Assembly (NCBI GenBank): GCA_051294375.1
Contig: JBJCIZ010000028.1
Location: 1,625,479-1,689,478 of the forward strand
Reading direction: 5' to 3'
DNA from: Paraspadella gotoi
Taxonomy: Eukaryota > Animalia > Chaetognatha
DNA length: 64,000 nt
Shown here: piece by piece, positions 21,669 through 34,321 of the stretch
Layout of the letters: each line of letters opens with the position of its first letter
Numbering within the stretch: the stretch's first letter is position 1
Position numbers and translations under genes: made by a program
The notes under the pieces: model-generated
The model's input: the letters and a program-made list of their open reading frames with translations, nothing else
What the model was told of the DNA's origin: nothing
Database searches by the model: none

Positions 21669-21862
21669 GGCCCTGTTTTCTAAAAGTGCCTCTTTCAGCT
21701 TAAATTCGAAATTACATAGGTTTTTAAGTTTAATTATTAAGTTGAGGTTAGGGAATAGGTTTGGGAATAAGTTAAGGATTATGGGTTTGTTAACATTGTC
21801 AAATTTCCGAGTTGAAATTAAGTTTAGGAGCAGAAACGGGGCGTTTTCGGAAAATAGAGGCC
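21669..21862. mobile_element. MITE family B (~28-bp TIR, degenerate TTAGG/TTAAGG interior)
   Basis: GGCCCTGTTTTCTAAAAGTGCCTCTTTC...GAAACGGGGCGTTTTCGGAAAATAGAGGCC; same architecture at 62823-63036. Confidence 0.6.
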
Positions 21863-21896
21863 AAAATCTCCAATACTGAAAACGAATCCCCTCTAG

Positions 21897-24800
21897 ATGA
21901 AAGAATCCCTACAGATGAAGGAATTCGCAGATGATTGGAGACGGGAAGAGATGGAAGATCTACAGACGAGGCTCAACAGATGGCGTCGGGAAACTCCGGC
22001 ACCAGCTCCGAGGATCGTACAGGTGATGAGTCGGGTCAATTGGTCGTTTGATTGGTCGGTCGGTCTGTCTGCTGGTCGGAGCATTTGTTAGTCCTTCGGT
22101 CGGTCAGTTTGTTGGTCCTTCGGTCGGTCAGTTTGTTGGTCGCACCTTCCGCTCTTCCTCCTCTTTCTCTCTTCCTCTCTATTCTTCCCCTCCTCTCTTA
22201 CTTTTTTCCTTAATCTATTTCTTCTCCCTCTTCTCTTCTCTCTTTTTTTTTCCTCCTCCCTTTTCTTCCCTTCCTTCCCTTTTTTTTTACCTCCCTTTTC
22301 CCTTTCCCTCCCTTCCTTCCCTTTTCCTCCTCCCTCTCCCTCCCTTCCTTCCCCCATACGTCTGTCCTCTCCTTTCTTTTAACTCTCCCTCCTCTCTCTT
22401 CCCTCTTTTCCCTTCCCCTGTTCCTACCTCTCTCCTTTTTTTCCTACCACTTCCCCCTCCTCCTTCCCTTCCTTCCTCTCACTCCTCTTTTTCCTTCTTC
22501 AGCGCCCGATGAAAAAGGATTGTGGCGCTAATATTCTCGAACTCAAGCGGCGCCTCAAACTTGTCGAGACGGCGCCGGACGCTGAGCAGCGGCAGCGCGC
22601 GGACGATGCTACCGATTCACGGACAGATCGCCGGAGACGCTCCATCATCCGGGAGAGCGGCGTCGGTGGAGATGTTGGCAAGAACGTCAGCGGCGTTGGC
22701 AAAAGCGCTGGTAGAGGTCGTAGTAAGACTCGCGATATCGGGGAAGCTTCGGATGAAAGACGCCGCGTTTACGATGAAGAAATATATGGCGGCAGCAGCG
22801 GCGCGGGAAAAGATGCTGGGTCGGAATTTGGCCAAAAGTAATGGGTTAATGGAGTCGGTTAATGATTAAATTAACCAAGATCGGTCAATCTCTCTCTCTC
22901 TCTCTCTTTTCTATTTTTTTCTCATCGTTAAATATCTCTTTTCACAATTCTTGTTTGATTTTCAAAATAATTTCTAACCAATCATCGGATTTCACCAACT
23001 CTCTCCAGATCAAATCAAAAGTCTGCCAATTTCTTCGTCGACTCGTCCTACGGCGCCGACTGCAACGCCGACCAGCGCCGCCCCGGCGCCGAGGATTCTA
23101 CTTCCATCTCCGCAAATCCGACCGCCTCACTCCCCGACCCGGTCGAGGTTCCCAGCCTTTCCAGCCTTTACGCCGCTTATAAGGTAAGTTATGGCTTAGA
23201 ATTTTACGTTCACTTAAAGGTGAGTTGAGCAGAAAATTTAACAATTTTTATATATGAAATTCTTTTAGCCAATTTATACTAAAGCATTAAAATTATTCAT
23301 TATTATTTAAGAACATAACATTTATTTTTTAAAAATGGATTCTGTTAAACCTCAAATTATGATGTTAAATCCGGGTCCAAAATAAAATAATAAATTCTTA
23401 AAATTGTTTCTCTTTTTTTATGTTACATAATTTTAAAAAATTGTTTTAATTTGTAGATAAATAATCTTAAAATGTATTTTTTGTTGTCTTCCATTATATA
23501 TATATATTGTATAAAAAAGCCTTTCCCAGTTTTAAAACGTGTTCCGCCCCTTAACTCCAAGGCCATGTTCGAGACCGCTGGAGGTAATCGCGGACCCGAG
23601 GCGGAATCGCGCGGCGCCTGCGGTGCCGAGCCTCGTTTCAGCGCCAGGACCAAGCGTATCATGCAAGAGTCTTTGGAGATATTCGGCGACACGCTGGCCC
23701 CGGCGCTGCGCGGAGCCGCGGAGCAGCGAGGAGCGCCGGAGGCTGCTGCGGAGATCGCGACGCCGCCGAATCCTCCGCCGAGCGACGAGGAGGAAGCTGC
23801 GGCGGCGGCGGCGGCGGCTGCGGCGCCTGGGAATTCGGCGGGGGAAGAGGAGGAGGAAGAAGAAGAGGAGGAAGAGATGATGGGAGGGGATCGAGAAAGG
23901 AGGAAGAGAACGACGACGACGACGACGACGAGGATGACGAAGAGGAAGAAGAAAAAGAAAAAATCGATCGATGACAGAGAGGAAATTTTCTTCAGGTTAG
24001 TCGGAGTTTAAATGCTAAGGGGGGATGGACGGACAAACAGATAGACAGACAGACGGAAGGACGGACGGACATCGATTTTTTTTGGTATAATTTATCATAA
24101 TTTGATGTTGTGGCATTATATAAGTGTCATACCGACAAGCTTTTGAGGTAGGACCGACGGACCGACAAAGTGAATTAAAGAGCCGGAATTTGCTGTAAGC
24201 AGATCGGCGAAAAAGAATGGTAGGCCTTAAGCCACTACAGCGTGTCCAAAGTTTTAAGCAAAATAGTTTATTTATTAAAAAATAATTTTCATATTTGTTG
24301 TACAAATTTTATACATTAGTAATTGGCTTGTTTTATACAACTTTATTTGTTTTTCCTCATTTTTTTTTATGTATCGTTTTTTATTTTTGCTTTTATATTT
24401 ATTCATAATATTTTGATTTTGTTTTTTGTTTTTTACTCGATAGAGGGACAAGATTCGTCGACCAATCAGCAGTCAATTCGAACGCCGCCGCCTCCGGATC
24501 AGCCACTGCAGCAGCTGCAGCCGCCACCGCCGGAGCGCTGCGCGATTTTTGTCCCAAATGCAGAAGGAATCTCTCGACGAGGAGAAGAAAAGGAAGAGAA
24601 GTGAGGACAAATTTCAGCTCTATTTTCCCAGAACACCCTCTTTCATCTTTAAATTAGAATTAGATTAATTTTATTCAGATTTACTGAAAATCCAAAATTT
24701 CCGTAGACCATCGGCCATAATGTAAATCTCAAATTTTCCATTTGAAGCTTGATTATTTTCGATTTTAATTTGTAACGTTTTAAACACGAGGCTCTACAAC

Positions 24801-25113
24801 ATGCAAATGAGAATATAGTTTCTATTCGGAATAAAAATTTATCGCGTGAGAAATATAAAGAACGAGAAATAGAGAGTGTGATATGGATTCACCCCCCCTC
24901 ACCCCATCACTCTCTCTTTCAATCTCCAACCGCCCCCTCCCCCTCGGCAGGCTAAAAACAGCCGAGACGGCCCCTCGGTTCGCTTCGCCGACGAAGACAT
25001 TCTCCCGGACAAAAGCCTCGACGAATCTAGAAGCGAATCGGAAACGGTTGTCGGTCGAGTTGTGCCCGACAATTCCTCGGTCAACTGTTTTGTCGGTGAG
25101 CGCGGGAAAGAGA

Positions 25114-25155
<42 letters not shown>

Positions 25156-26302
25156 TCTCTTTGTCTCTTTAGATTTTTTCTCTCAATGGGTTACCAATTA
25201 ACTCTTGACGGCAGTTCTTTCTCAAAGGTCATCCTCATTTCTCTCTCTCTCTCTCTCGCTCTCTCTCTCACTCTCTCTCTCCTCTATTTTTTCTTCTTCC
25301 ATTTTTCTCCCTCAAAATCCCATCCCTCTCATTTTTGTCTCCTCCCCTTTTCCTTTCTCCCTCCTCTCCTCCATCTTTCCTCCCCCTCTCTCTCCTCCCT
25401 TCGTCCCCTTTCTCTTCCCCCTTTCCTCCTCTTTCCCTTCCTCTCTCCTCCCTTCCTCTCTTCATCCCTACTCTCCTCCCCTTCTCCCCCTCCCTCCCTT
25501 TTCTCCCTCTCTCCCCCCGTCCTCTATTCTTCCCCTTCTCCTCTCTCCTTCCCACCTCCCTCTCTCTCCCCTTCCTCTATCCTTCCCTTTCTCCTCTCTC
25601 CTCCCTTTTCTCCCTCTCTCTTCCCTTCTTTCTCCCTCTCTCCTCCCTTCCTCTATCCTTCCTCTCCCCTCTCTCCTCCCTCTCCTCTCTCCTCTCCCTT
25701 CTTTCTTTCCTCTTTCCCTCCATTTCTCCCTCTCTCCTCCCTTCCCTCTATCCTTCCCCTTCTCCCTCTTTCCTCCCTCCTCCCTCTCTCGCTCAACTTC
25801 TTTCTCGCCTCTCCCTTCCCCTTCCTCTATCCTTCCCCTTTCCTCTCTCTTCCCTCCTCCCTCTCTGCCTCTCCCTTCTTTCTCCCTCTTTCCTCCCTTT
25901 CTTTCCTCTCTCCTCCCTTCTCCCCCTCCTCCCTTTCTCCCTCTCCTCTCCCATCTCTCCCTCTCTCCTCCCTTCTTTCTCCCTCTCTTCCTCCCCTTCT
26001 TTCTCCCTCTCTCTCGCCCCCATTCCTCCCTCAAAGACCCCGACGAGGTCTGCCTCTGTTGCGAAGGGTCGATGCGACTTTGACGAGATTCCGGTCATGC
26101 GTGAACTCGAGGTCGAAGGAGAAGGAAGAGAAGTAGGAAGAAGAAGAAGGAGATTATCATTGCGGCGACGAAAGGTGGGAGAGAAGAGGGAGGAGAAGAG
26201 AGGGAGAGGGGAGAGAGGAGAGAAAGAGAGAGGGAGAAGGAGAAGGAAGAGAAGAGGAAGAAGAAAAGGAGATTATCAAGTGGCGGAGAGGCGAGAGGTG
26301 GG

Positions 26303-26335
<33 letters not shown>

Positions 26336-29300
26336 GAGAGAGGGAGAAGGAGAAGGAAGAGAGAGGAAGAAGAAGAAAGAGATTATCAATGGCGGCGACG
26401 AAAGGTGGGAGAGAGAGAGGGAGAGAGAGAGAGGGGAAGGGAGAGAAGAGAGAGAAAGAGAGAGGGAGAAAGAGAAGGAAAGAGAAGAGGAAAGAAGAAG
26501 AGGAGATTATATGCGGCGAACGAGTAGAGGTGGGAGAAGAGAAGAGAGAGAGAGAGAGAGAGAAGGGAGAAGGAGAAGGAAGAAGAAGAGAAAGAAGAGA
26601 AGAGATTATCAATGCGGCGACGATAGGTGGGAGAGAGAGAGAGGAGAGGAGAGAAGGGGATAGGGAGAGAGAGCGAGAAAGGAGAGAGGGAGAAGAGAAA
26701 GAATAGAAGAGGAAGAAGAAAGAAGGAGATTATCAATGCCGGCGACGAGAGGTGGGAGAAGGAGAGAGGAGAGAGAGAGGGAGAGAGAGAGGCAGAGGAG
26801 AGAGAGAGGGGAGAAGGAGAAGGAGAGAAGAGGAAGAAAGAAGATGGAGATTATTAATGCGGCGACGAGAGTGGAGGAGAGAGAGGAGGAGACGGAGAGG
26901 CAGCATGAAGAGAGATGGGGGAGAAGGCATGGCTTCTCAGAAGCCTCGAAACAGCGCAGCCTCCGGGAGCAGGCGCGCGGGCCGCCGATCGGGCTCTCGC
27001 TGCCTTCGACTTTTTGGCGCTCGGCTTATTTTACTCCCTTCCTCCTTCCTTCTCCTTTATCTCCCGGATTTCCGCCGGGCTGCCAAAGTGATCCGATGTG
27101 CTGCAGCGGGCGGACTTACCTCTTCTCTCTCTCTTACCCTCGTCATCGGGCCGAGGCTCTTCTCTCTGCCTCCGGGCGGATCGATTCATGAGGTTCGCGT
27201 GCGGATCCGGGAAGTCTTCTTTTATAATAGAGATAAGGCCTTTTTTGAAAGTATTTAACATTATTTGTTAGGGTATTTCAGCGATGTCAAAAAAAAGAAA
27301 GGAAAAAAAAGATAAGACGGAAAGAATCGAGAGAGAGTGAAGAAAGAAAAAGAAGGGAAAAAAAAATTAAAAAATTTAGTCAACCAATTTTTTTTATATA
27401 ATTTTGAGCTTAAAATAATAATATTAATAAAAAGATATTACATCTAACAATAAATGATAATATATGCTGGATAAACAATTGAAAAATATGATAGGATAAA
27501 ATTGATCGAAAATGAGATGATATTATTTATTTGGCATTTTTGTTACGGCGAGGACGTATGAAGAGTAAAAAAAAAAACAAAACAAATCATAAGAGTAGAA
27601 AATTTTAGAATCAAGTAGAATTAAAAATTTTGAGCATGCTAGCTGTGAAATAGTTTTTAAATTATTTTTTTTTATTTATTTCAATTATTCGTGTCATGCG
27701 CCATATTTAAACATTTGGGTAAATGTCAAAATTTAAATATGGTTTTTTTTTTTACTTTTTAAAAGCAGATTGTTTAATTCTCCTATTAATTTTAAATTTA
27801 ATTCATGAACTAAAATCAAATTTGTTCAAAAAAAGTCTAGTGAAGAGGCTGGTTTTTACAGGGCACACAACACCGCGCGGAAGATCCACCTCGTTGGCGA
27901 CAGCGAGGACCAATTCGCAGCATGTGTCATGTAAGTCCGATGCTTTGGATCATGGCGTAGGCCCATGCCTACAGGCGGGTTACCCGGTCCATCCCACTTT
28001 CTACCCATGACCACCTCAGGGACTCAACCAGGGACGCACATGTGGGATGGTGCATTAGTCCACTGAGGCCAGCTGACGGCGCTGGGAAAGGAATACAGAC
28101 TTTAATCCATGCTGTGGTGATAGGACCACGCAGACAGCCGCCCCAGGACTTTCGCATATGAGAGTACGAAGCAGGGGGGGATGAAGCGCATGTCTCTTCC
28201 GCGCTGAGAACCTCTCTCATTCGGTTGGGCTTGCTTTGAGGTGCAGTCTACGTAGCTCCAATACACATCAATGGGCTCAGAAAGGAGTATTATCATTGGC
28301 CCCGGGTTGCGTGTTCGGGATCACGTCGGGCTCACCATTGAAGAGGCTGGTTTTACAGGGCACCCACCCGCAGGGAATCACCGTCCAGTGGCGATCAGCG
28401 AGACAGCATGTTCATGTAGTCCAGAGCTTTGGAGTCTGGCAGTAGGCCATTGCCTACAGGCGGGTTACCCGGTCATCCCAGCTTTCTACATGACAACCTT
28501 CAGCGGCTTCCGAACCAGGGACGCCACATTGGGGATGTGCATTATTCCACTGAGCCACGAGGCGCTGCGAAAAGAAACAAGCTTTAATCCATCTGTGTGG
28601 TGATATGGACCACCAGACAAGCAGTTTTTTTAAGGTTGTCTTTTGTCTCAGAAGCTCCCTTAGTGCCGTTACTGTTTGAGAGGTCGCCTAGCCTGTATAC
28701 CAGGGAGTGTAGCAAAGTTGAAACATAAAGCCGTGCAATAACATTTGGTCTGCGATCTCTAAGCTACTATACAACTACTATACTACTTACTACTACTTTA
28801 ATTAATTAATCAACCTGCGAGTGCTGTACCTCATTCTATTAACTTACTAGTGTAATAAATTACAGTATAATTTTTCTGTTTTGTATTTCTGTATTAAGGT
28901 GTAGATATCTCTGAGTACCCTTTAACCATAGAGACTTAAATTGTGGCTCCATTTTGTACCCGACATGCTGGCATATCTGAATCAATTGTTTACTCAATCT
29001 AACAATGTTCTTAGTAGTTCATTATCTTCGGCGCCCCAATGCTCAGCAGGTCTGTTTGAATTTGAGCATCAACTCTAGATGTTTCTTTATCCTTTTTAAT
29101 ATTTCAGCAACATTCACAATCATATAAAACTTAGGCCTAATTTAAAAAAATAACATAGTATGGCAAAATTTAGTCCTATTGTCAGCTCTACCAAGAGTGG
29201 TATAGACTTCATTTTTTTCTAATTCGCTAGTTAACTTTTTAACTCTGAAAATAATAAAAATATTCCTTTTTCTTAACAAATGTCAAAAAATTTTGTTTTT

Positions 29301-32300
29301 TTTGAAAACCATTTTTTTCTAATTTTAAGAATTATATCTGTTGTATTGGATTCAGCCTTGGAGTTTATTTTGTTTTTTCTTGTTTGTTTTTACTTTGGTA
29401 ATTATTTCAAGAAGCGCTTATTTTTACTCAAATTCATTATTATTTTTCGGCCTATTAGAGAAAAATAAATTCGTTGAAAATTACTTGAATTGCTAATCCC
29501 TACAAGGAATGTCTGGTTATTAAAGTTAGTACTGGCTTTCTTCAAAATTAGTTAATTTAAAAAAAAATTATTCAAGTTTTAAATATATAATTGATGAGAA
29601 ATTAAAGATGAAGCGAATGACAAAATAATACATTAAAAGAAAAAAAAAGATAGAAAGACAGCGAGCGAGACCGGCCAAGAGCAAAGAGAGTAAAGAGAGG
29701 AGATGTGGAAGAGTGATGATGATGATGATAAGATTTTACTAAAACACGCCTCGGGATGAGGTTCAGAAACAGCCCTCCTAGGGCAACCAGAACTTCCTAT
29801 TTTGCGGCCCTCCTAGGGGTCAGTCATAATCTTCTCGCTCGTAATAGTGCCAGCTCCGACGGCATGCTGTTGCGCTGGCTGTCCCTCCGTGCGCCGCTCC
29901 CCTGGCGAGGTTTACCGCTTAAACTTTATACCTCTAAAATCTATCGGATTTATGTAAAAAGCTATCAAAAGTAATTTTAAAAGAAAATACTGAGGGTATT
30001 TGAAAAAAATTACTGAAGGCTATCTAACTTTGACAATACTCTTAAAAAAAGCGCAGCGCCCCCGGCGCAGGGCTTTACCGCCAAACTATATACTCACTAT
30101 TTCCTATTCAGAGTATTTGTCGCATAATTTCTAATGCGCCTTTTCTACTGCCTTTTAGTTTACACATCTACCATATGCAGGCCAACGTATTTATATTGAA
30201 TTAATGTCGTGCATACCGAAAGCATTGCGTAGAAAGTCGTATATTGCACGGTTCTAAACGAATTTAAATTAACAGAAGGCTAAAATGATATTCAAAAATT
30301 ATTTAACCAATACTTCGCGTTAAATATAGGATTTTATGAACTGCGCAACCCGGTCCAATAAACTTTATTCAAAGGTTTCTTGCGGGACACGACACCAAGA
30401 ATATTATTCTAAGGAGACAGAAATACGGACGATATAACTTCGATCAATATTTTAATTTAATTAGTTACAAGAACGAGTTTTGCTCTCACCAAAGGAATTG
30501 GAGATGAAATGTTGCCGCCAGTCTTTTTAGGATGCATCTTTAGAAACTGGTTCGTGTCGATGGTGCCTGGATGTATCGATATTTGGCAGTTGCGAAGAGA
30601 GCACAGGTGCTCCTGGTATGGAGTTATGGTTTTTACTTCGAACTAGCCGGTGATCCACTTTTATACAGCCTTAGCACTGTCTTGTATAGGAGAGAGCAGA
30701 CTGAGAGAGAATCCGAGAGAGCAGCTATTGACCACCCGGAGGAGGAGAGAGGTAAGAGTAGAGATACGGCCCCGATCCTGCCGACTTCGAACCGGAAAGA
30801 AGCCCGGAGAGAGAGAAAATTCTCCCGATCCGAGCGGAAGAAGCCCGGCAAGTGAGAAGTGAGTCGATCGGCCAGCCGTCGGCGCCGCCGCTCCGGTCTA
30901 CGGCTGCGTTCGGAGAGTGATATATGAACTGCCGGAGAAGGAGAAGGAGAGAGAAAGGGAAAACCAGAAGAAAGAAGATTATCAGAAATGCGGCGACGAA
31001 GTAGGTGGGAGAGAGAGAGAGAGGGAGGAAGGAGGAAGAGAAGAAAAAGAAGAAATCCTTCAAATCCTAAATTCTCAAATCCTAAATCTTCAAATTCTAA
31101 ATCATCAAATGTTAAATCATCAAAACCTAAATCCATCAAATCCTAAATCCTAATTGCTGAATCCTTCAAATTGTAAATCCTAAATCCTTAAATCCTCAAA
31201 TCCTAAATCCTCAAATCCTAAATCCTCAAATCCTAAATCCTAATTCCTAAATTCATCAAATCTTAAATCCTAAATCCTAAATCCTCAAATCCTAAATCCA
31301 TTAAATCCTAAATCCTTCAAATCTTAAATCCTCTTCAAGCTCTGAACAAAAACGAAAATCGGGAAACAAAAATGAAAAAGAGAAGAAGTTTAGAGACGCA
31401 AAGGAAATTCGCGCGAAAGATCGAGGAAGCGGCGGCGGAGGCGGAGGCGCTGCAGAGCCGCCGCAGCATCGCGGAGGAGAGAACGGGTAAGGGCAGAAAG
31501 GGTGAGGCAATATATTAATTTAATATTGTACGGGTCAAGCGCGTATAAATATTGATAAACCGACAAATAGACTGGCCTAGCGACCGACCGAGATATAACC
31601 TATAAGGCGCAACAAAATATTAACCGATTGATTTTTTTGAATTCAGCCGATCGGGACGAACGAATCGAAAATTTGTGGAAAAGAGAAACGAGAAAAAATG
31701 GGGAACGAAATTTGACATCTAATCATCCGGGGAGAAGGTGAAGGGAGAGGGAGAGAGAGAGAGAGTGAGAGGGAGAGAGAGAGAGAGAGAGGAGTGGAGA
31801 GAAAAGGGAAGAAGGAAAAGGGGAGAAAGAGATAGAGAGAGAGACAGAGATAGGGAGATGGAGGAAGAGAGAGAGGGAGGGAGAGAGAGAGGAGAGAGAA
31901 GGGAAAGGGAGGAGGAAAAAAAAAGAGAGAGAGAGAGATGGGGAAAGAAAGACATAGAGAGAGACAGAGATAGGGAGATGGAGGAAGAGAGAGAGAGGGA
32001 AGAAGAGAGAGAGAAGAAGGGAAAGGAGAGAAAAAGGAAGAAAATCCAATAAATCCACCAAGCAATCAATCCACCAAGCAATCGATCCACCGAAGCAATC
32101 GATCTACCACCAAGCAACTCCAATCCACCAAGCAATTCAATCCACCAAGCAATTCGATCCACCAAGCAACCAATCCACAAGCCAATCACCTCCACCAAGA
32201 TCTCTTCTCTTTTTNNNNNNNNNNNNNNNNNNNNNNNNNATCAATCCACCAAGCGCAGCAATCGATCATCGAAGACACTCGCATTCCCACCAAGCAATGT

Positions 32301-33569
32301 GCAATCCTTTCCCAATAAGCAACAACTCCACCAATGCAAATCGCATCCGACCAACGCAATTCAACTCCACCAAGTCAATCGACATCCACCAAGCAATTCA
32401 AATCCACCTCCAAGCAATCGATCTACCACCAAGAACTCCGAATCCACCAAGCAATTCCAATCCACCCAAGCTAAATTCGATCCACCAGAGAACCAATCCA
32501 CAAGGAATCATCCACAAGAAGGGGATCCACCCAACGCAACGTCGATCCACCAATGCACCATCGATCCCTCACCAAGTGTTACACTCGATTTCCACCAAGC
32601 ACTCGATCCACCAAGACGCAATCAATTCCACCAAGCAATCGTCCACCAGACACACAATTCCACAGAGAATCAATTCACCAAGAAATCATACGAGAATCGA
32701 TTCACCAAGCATCAATCCACCAACCAACTCAAGTCCACCAAGCAATCTCGACATCCACCAAGCACCAATCCACAAGCAATCAATCAACAAACAATCGATT
32801 CCAACCAAGCACTATCGCATCCACCAAAGCACTCGATACCACCAAGCACGTTCGAGTCCACCAACGCACTCGATCCACCAAAGCACTCGATCCCACCAAG
32901 CAAAGCCCAATCCCACCAAGTCAAATCCTAAAAGACTCCATAACAGTCTAATGCAACCAAGCCTCATCTAATGCACTCGATCTTCCACCAATGGTCAATC
33001 ATCCACCCAAGCAACCAAATCCATCAAGCACATCAATCCACCAAGCACCAAGCACTCGATCCACCAAGCACTCGATCCACCAAGCAATCAATCCACCAGA
33101 CCGACCTTCAGCGATGATTCCGAAGAATCTCTCGTCGTCGAGGAAAAACCGTCGACCGACAACCGAAGGCGCCGCTTGTCGGGTCCGCAGCAGACGCTAG
33201 CGCCACCGGCGCCGCCACCGCGACGCCGCACCTTCTCCGCGCCGGCGCCGCGAAGAACCGACGAAGACGACGAGGAGAAATTCCGGCGTCGAACCGAAGG
33301 AGGCGTCGGGCGAGGAGCGGCGTCTTTGCTCGACGGCGGCGTCGTTATTGTCGGGCAAAGTCGTCGGAGGAGAGACTCGTCGGTCAGGATGTCGGTGCAG
33401 GAGTCCGTCGAGGAGGAAGAGGAAGAGGAAGAGGAGGGGGAAGAGGAGGGGGAAGAGGGAAAGGAGGAAGAAGAAGCGAGAGAGAAAAAGAAGGAGGAGG
33501 AGGAAGAGGAGGAGGCGGCGCCTGAGCCGACGCCGGCCGAGAAGCAACAGGAGGTTGTTTCAATTAATT

Positions 33570-33667
<98 letters not shown>

Positions 33668-33748
33668 TTTTTAAGTTCTTTAAATTCACTTTTATTCTTC
33701 TCTCTCATCTCTCTCTCTCCCCTCTCTCTCTCTCTCTCTCTTCTCTCA

Positions 33749-33796
<48 letters not shown>

Positions 33797-34289
33797 CAGT
33801 TTTCCGCTCAAAGTCTCTCATCACTTGAGGATTCGTCGAGCGGCGCGCGGTCTTCTTCGTTTTCAGCTTCACGCGGCGACGCGGCGCCTTATCATTCCCT
33901 TGAGTTCGCCGGCCGTCGTCGTCGATCGCGGACGATCTCTTTGGCGGGGTCGGGATGAGAGAGAGAGAGAGAAGAGAGAGGGCGAGAGAGAGAGATGGAG
34001 AGAGAGGATGAGAGGATGAGAGGGAGAGAGGGAGGAGAGAGGGGAGAGAGAGAGGAGAGAGAGATGGGAGAGGGGAGAGAGAGCAGGGAAGAGAGGAGGA
34101 TGAGAGCGTAAATAGGAGAAGAGAGAGAAGAGGAGAGGAGGGAGAGAGAGAGGGAGAAGTAGAGAGAGGAAGAGAGAGAGGGAGAGAGAGAGAGGAGAGG
34201 AGAGAGAGGAGAGAGAGGAGAGAGGAGAGCGAGAGAGGGAGGAGAGGGAGAGAGAAGAGGGAGAGAGAGAGGGAGAGAGAGGGGAGAAG

Positions 34290-34321
<32 letters not shown>

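Noticed and set aside
23565-23690. FETAGG / FSARTK..SLEIF as BRCA2 BRC repeats
   Set aside because: Spacing does not fit FxxASG..LF and no OB-fold region is seen.
26140-26880. CRISPR-like repeat-spacer pattern
   Set aside because: Eukaryotic context, spacers are GA microsatellite, repeats are degenerate, and there are no cas genes.
28060-28575. Hammerhead retrozyme or functional tRNA gene in the 498-bp-period repeat
   Set aside because: No intact CTGANGA..GAAA core and no full cloverleaf; the LTR-PBS-PPT model explains the structure better.
30480-30690. Possible LINE ORF2 remnant on the - strand (also ~49500-49640)
   Set aside because: Only a vague resemblance; no diagnostic motif.
32297-32971. 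ORFs of 132-224 aa in all three frames
   Set aside because: Noisy minisatellite translation.
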